From an uncultured Rivularia sp. (GTDB taxonomy: Bacteria; Cyanobacteriota; Cyanobacteriia; Cyanobacteriales; Nostocaceae): a stretch of DNA of 64,000 nt. Positions 60,503 through 64,000 of this stretch are shown in pieces (position 1 is the stretch's first letter; each line of letters begins with the position of its first letter). A program made the translations under genes and the position numbers. The notes below the pieces were generated by a model, which saw only the letters and a list, made by a program, of their open reading frames with translations, made no database searches and had not been told where the DNA came from. The stretch lies in the NCBI GenBank assembly GCA_963665115.1, contig OY762007.1:4352001-4416000 (forward strand), in the 5' to 3' direction.

Positions 60503-63217
60503 TTAATTTTTTTCGCTGTCACCAAGCAATATAAAAAAGAAGTTTTCTAATCCTTTTTCAAAACGCAATGTCTTAACTAAATCGTGTTCTTGAGACAAAA
60601 CTGAATCCACGATAATCATGTCGGGTTTAACAGAGATAGCTTTTTCGATACATTCTTCACCATTCGATGCTTCTACAACATTGTAACCTTGGGCTTTGAG
60701 TATTTCGGATAAAGTTAATAAAGTTGAAGCAGTTGTATCTACCACTAAAACTTTTTTAGCCGACGTTCCCTGAGATAGCAAAAAACCAATTTCTTTCATT
60801 AATTTATTGCTTTCAATAGGTTTAGTCATATATTTATCAACACCCAACTGATATCCTCTTTTTTTATCTTCAAATATAGATAGCATAATAATAGGAATAT
60901 CCATTTTAGTCGGGTCATTTTTGATAATTGCAGCCGTATCAAATCCATTAATTTGAGGCATCATCACATCAAGAATAATTAAATCTGGTTTCTTCACTTT
61001 AATTTGATAAATTGCATCTAAACCATCTTTAGCCTCTTGAACTGCATAACCTTGATTTTGTAAAGACTGTCTGAGTAATTCACGAATATTTGCATCATCA
61101 TCAACTACTAAAATTGTTTTTTGAGTATCGGAAGTAGGAATATTGTTAGTAGAGTGTTCTTGTAACTGTTTGACAAGACTATCTAAGTTGACAATTTGAT
61201 TAAATTGGTTTACTTCACTAATTATTTGAATCGGGATAGAAAAAGAGAAAGTACTGCCTTTAGTTAATTCGCTTTCTACCCAAATTTTACCACCGTGATG
61301 TTCAATAATTTGTTTGCAAATTGGTAATCCTAATCCCGTACCTTGAGGTTTGTCAGTAAATATTTCTCCTACTTGTTTGAATTTCTCAAATACTTGCAGA
61401 CAATCTTCTTGAGATATACCGCTACCTGTATCGGTAACGCTGATGATAATATTGCTATTGATTAATTTAGCACTACAGATAATAGAACCCTCATCAGTAA
61501 ATTTAACAGCATTTGATATCAGATTAATTAATACTTGAATCAGACGATCTTCATCACCAATAATTTTCGGTAGTGCTGGTTCTATATTTTTAATTAGTTC
61601 TAAATTTTTAGCATCAAATATAGTAGATGTAGCAGCTAAGGAACGCTCAATTACTTTTTGAATGTTAATTTCTTCTTGCTTCCAATCAAACTTTCCTGCT
61701 TCCATTTTGGCAATATCTAATACGTCATTAATTAAGGTGGTAAGACGTTCTGCTTCGGAGATAATAATATTAATATTATCCTTGACTCTTCTAATGGTTT
61801 TTTTAGTTTTGCGATTGTCATCAGGTAACAAAGGAAAAACATCTTCTTCTAGTTTTTCTTGAATAATCGATGCAAATCCTAATACCGAAGTTAGAGGAGT
61901 TCTTAATTCATGAGAAACAGTTGAAATAAAATCTGTTTTCATCCGATCGACTTCTTTTTCCTGAGTAATATCTCGGAGAAGAATCACCGAACCCAAACAG
62001 CTACAATACGAACCGATACAATTAGCTTCTATAATAGCGGTAACAGATGCTTTCACAAATTGGTTATCGTTTGGCTGTATTTCTGTTGTCAAAACTGCTG
62101 TAGGATTTTCCTGAGTTTTGTTTACTAATTCAACTACTTCAGGAATAAATTCCTGACAATAAAGTCCTTCAATATCTACATCTCCCAAGCCGAACATCCT
62201 TGTAATAGCAGGATTATAGTTGATTATCTTACCATCGGTATCGCTTACCAATAAACCATCTGCAAGGTTATCAATAATTGCTCTCAAATGTGCTGTATTG
62301 GCTGTTTGTTCTTCTAAAAGTTGCTTTACTCGGTTAATCAGATGGTTAAAAGAAGATGCTAAACTACCAACTTCATCTTCTGTTGTGACGGGAACTTGTA
62401 AATCAAAATTTTCTGAATCAGTTACTTTTTTTGCAACATTGTTAAGTTCAAGAATTGGAAATGATATCGCGTTGCTTATTTTTCTAGCTAGTATAATCGC
62501 AATTATAATAGATATAAAAATACCGCTAAAAGTAATATTATTACGGAATATTATGGCTTGCCTGACATTTAGTTTAGCTTCTTTAGCTTCCTGATTAAAT
62601 ACTTTAACTATTTCTGTCAAATCATCGGAAATATTATCAAATTTAATCGCTAAGTCACTATTGGTAAATTCTAAAAGTTTAAGTTGGGCATCTGTAATCT
62701 TATCACTCGAATCTAAGTTGAGAAGACGAACTTCTTTTACTAGCTGGTTCAGCGATTGTAAATAATTTTCTGGTATTCCTTCATACGCTTTGACAAAATA
62801 TTGTAATTTTAATATTTCTTCTTCCGAGTGCTTTTCTTCTTCCTGCATGATTAATTTAATTTGCAACCAACCTTTTTGAATTGTTTCTGAATGTTGAATA
62901 ATATGAGAATACTCATCATCAAAATCTGCTGGCTGCTTACTTAAAGGAATTAACTGTTGTTGATGGGTTCGTACTTGTAAAACTCCTGTTTGCAAACGAT
63001 ATAAAGCATTAACTTCAGCTAAAGCCTGTTCCTTTTGCTGTAGCGCTTTTGCTTCTAAATAATTTCCAGTTGTTACTCCTAAGACAGTTCCAAAAACAGA
63101 AATTCCCAGAGCTACAGCATATCCAATCGCTATTTTTTGATTAACTTTCATGCTACCTAACCATTGATAGCTTGGTTTTTTTATAGATTTTGTAGTTAAT
63201 AAACTATTTAAACTCAT
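60503..63217 (-). CDS. Hybrid sensor histidine kinase (TM-HAMP-PAS-HisKA-HATPase-REC-REC)
   Basis: VSHELRTPL, NLISNAVKF, DTGSGI, GTGLGL and two receiver domains. Confidence 0.95.
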   Translation of the reverse strand: MSLNSLLTTKSIKKPSYQWLGSMKVNQKIAIGYAVALGISVFGTVLGVTTGNYLEAKALQQKEQALAEVNALYRLQTGVLQVRTHQQQLIPLSKQPADFDDEYSHIIQHSETIQKGWLQIKLIMQEEEKHSEEEILKLQYFVKAYEGIPENYLQSLNQLVKEVRLLNLDSSDKITDAQLKLLEFTNSDLAIKFDNISDDLTEIVKVFNQEAKEAKLNVRQAIIFRNNITFSGIFISIIIAIILARKISNAISFPILELNNVAKKVTDSENFDLQVPVTTEDEVGSLASSFNHLINRVKQLLEEQTANTAHLRAIIDNLADGLLVSDTDGKIINYNPAITRMFGLGDVDIEGLYCQEFIPEVVELVNKTQENPTAVLTTEIQPNDNQFVKASVTAIIEANCIGSYCSCLGSVILLRDITQEKEVDRMKTDFISTVSHELRTPLTSVLGFASIIQEKLEEDVFPLLPDDNRKTKKTIRRVKDNINIIISEAERLTTLINDVLDIAKMEAGKFDWKQEEINIQKVIERSLAATSTIFDAKNLELIKNIEPALPKIIGDEDRLIQVLINLISNAVKFTDEGSIICSAKLINSNIIISVTDTGSGISQEDCLQVFEKFKQVGEIFTDKPQGTGLGLPICKQIIEHHGGKIWVESELTKGSTFSFSIPIQIISEVNQFNQIVNLDSLVKQLQEHSTNNIPTSDTQKTILVVDDDANIRELLRQSLQNQGYAVQEAKDGLDAIYQIKVKKPDLIILDVMMPQINGFDTAAIIKNDPTKMDIPIIMLSIFEDKKRGYQLGVDKYMTKPIESNKLMKEIGFLLSQGTSAKKVLVVDTTASTLLTLSEILKAQGYNVVEASNGEECIEKAISVKPDMIIVDSVLSQEHDLVKTLRFEKGLENFFFILLGDSEKN

Positions 63218-63295
63218 GTTTTAAGGTAGAAATACAGCAATGGTAAAATATAGTTTTCCCATTATTTTGCGATAAATAACAGAGAAACATAAAAG

Positions 63296-64000
63296 TTATT
63301 TTTTAATTTCCGAATCAACCTGCAATGTAACTTGAATTGGTTCAACTGGTATCTGAATCTTAAATTCCGTACCTTTATTTATTTCCGATACACATTTAAT
63401 AGTTCCACCATGCTTTTCTACTACAATCTGATAGCTAATTGCCATTCCCAAACCCGTTCCTTTCCCAATTTCTTTAGTTGTAAAAAATGGGTCATATAGC
63501 TTCTTTTGAATATCTTCAGCTATTCCCGAACCGTTATCTATAATAGAAATGTTGACCCAATTATCTTTCACCATTTGAGTGCGAATTATAATCAAATCTC
63601 CCTTTTCTTGTAAAGCATCGATCGCATTACTAAGGATATTCATAAATACTTGATTTAATTGCCCTGCATAACAATTTACTAAAGGTAGAACGCCGTATTC
63701 TTTCACTATTTCAATGGATTTTCGTTCTTTATTAGCACTTAAACGATGTCTTAGAATCATTAAAGTCCCATCAATACCTTCATGAATATTAACCGCTTTA
63801 ATTTCTGCTTTATCAAGATGCGAAAAAATGCCCAATGAACGCACAATATCTTTAATCCTGTTAACACCTACTTTCATAGAATTAAGTAAATCGAGAAAAT
63901 CATCTTTCATGAAATCAAGATTAATATCTTCTATTTTTTCTTCAATCTCTGATATTGGTTGTGGATAATTTTCTTGATATAGGTTTATCAATTCAATTAA
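63296..64000 (-). CDS. Histidine kinase, C-terminal part (runs off window)
   Basis: QLNQVFMNILSNAID, DNGSGI, PFFTTKEIGKGTGLG. Confidence 0.92.
   Translation of the reverse strand, partial: LIELINLYQENYPQPISEIEEKIEDINLDFMKDDFLDLLNSMKVGVNRIKDIVRSLGIFSHLDKAEIKAVNIHEGIDGTLMILRHRLSANKERKSIEIVKEYGVLPLVNCYAGQLNQVFMNILSNAIDALQEKGDLIIIRTQMVKDNWVNISIIDNGSGIAEDIQKKLYDPFFTTKEIGKGTGLGMAISYQIVVEKHGGTIKCVSEINKGTEFKIQIPVEPIQVTLQVDSEIKK

Noticed and set aside
41013..62594. Antisense ORFs inside long genes (e.g. 41013, 41500, 44760, 46122, 46689, 53638, 62220)
   Set aside because: They are shadows of well-supported opposite-strand genes with no motifs of their own.
1..64000. tRNA or rRNA genes
   Set aside because: None recognised by eye; tRNAscan/Infernal would be needed to exclude them.

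Overview
AT-rich DNA from a heterocyst-forming (Nostocales-type) cyanobacterium, judged from HIP1 octamers, heptamer tandem repeats and the hup/hyp genes. The key structure is the uptake-hydrogenase gene hupS (15468->14629, minus strand). It loses homology after ...GTVFKTQ (codon 280), and neither its C-terminus nor hupL follows. Instead, positions 1-~14,625 look like the right part of a large (>14.6 kb) element inserted in hupS. Its cargo: an overprinted two-frame C5 DNA methyltransferase, a tandemly duplicated repressor/divergent-HTH switch, a tightly coupled operon (membrane-anchored P-loop ATPase, membrane proteins, two putative cell-wall enzymes, an HNH-like protein), and a second, decayed methyltransferase hit by an IS630 and a HIP1-targeting mini-repeat. 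The recombinase and far junction are not in the window. The remainder is mostly core chromosome: the extended hyp cluster, a tnpA-less tnpB element with a divergent RHH gene, ftrC, lptA/B/FG-like genes, LysR/DJ-1 genes, an RND efflux set with an embedded GUN4-domain gene, glk, a decarboxylase, TA-like genes, ychF and two-component genes. Intergenic regions carry many REP-like palindromes, REP-derived tandem arrays, a stack of CTAG-joined MITEs and STRRs. Many genes carry a single extra base in a homopolymer, which suggests assembly indel errors, so frameshift calls are provisional. All product names come from motif recognition, not database searches.
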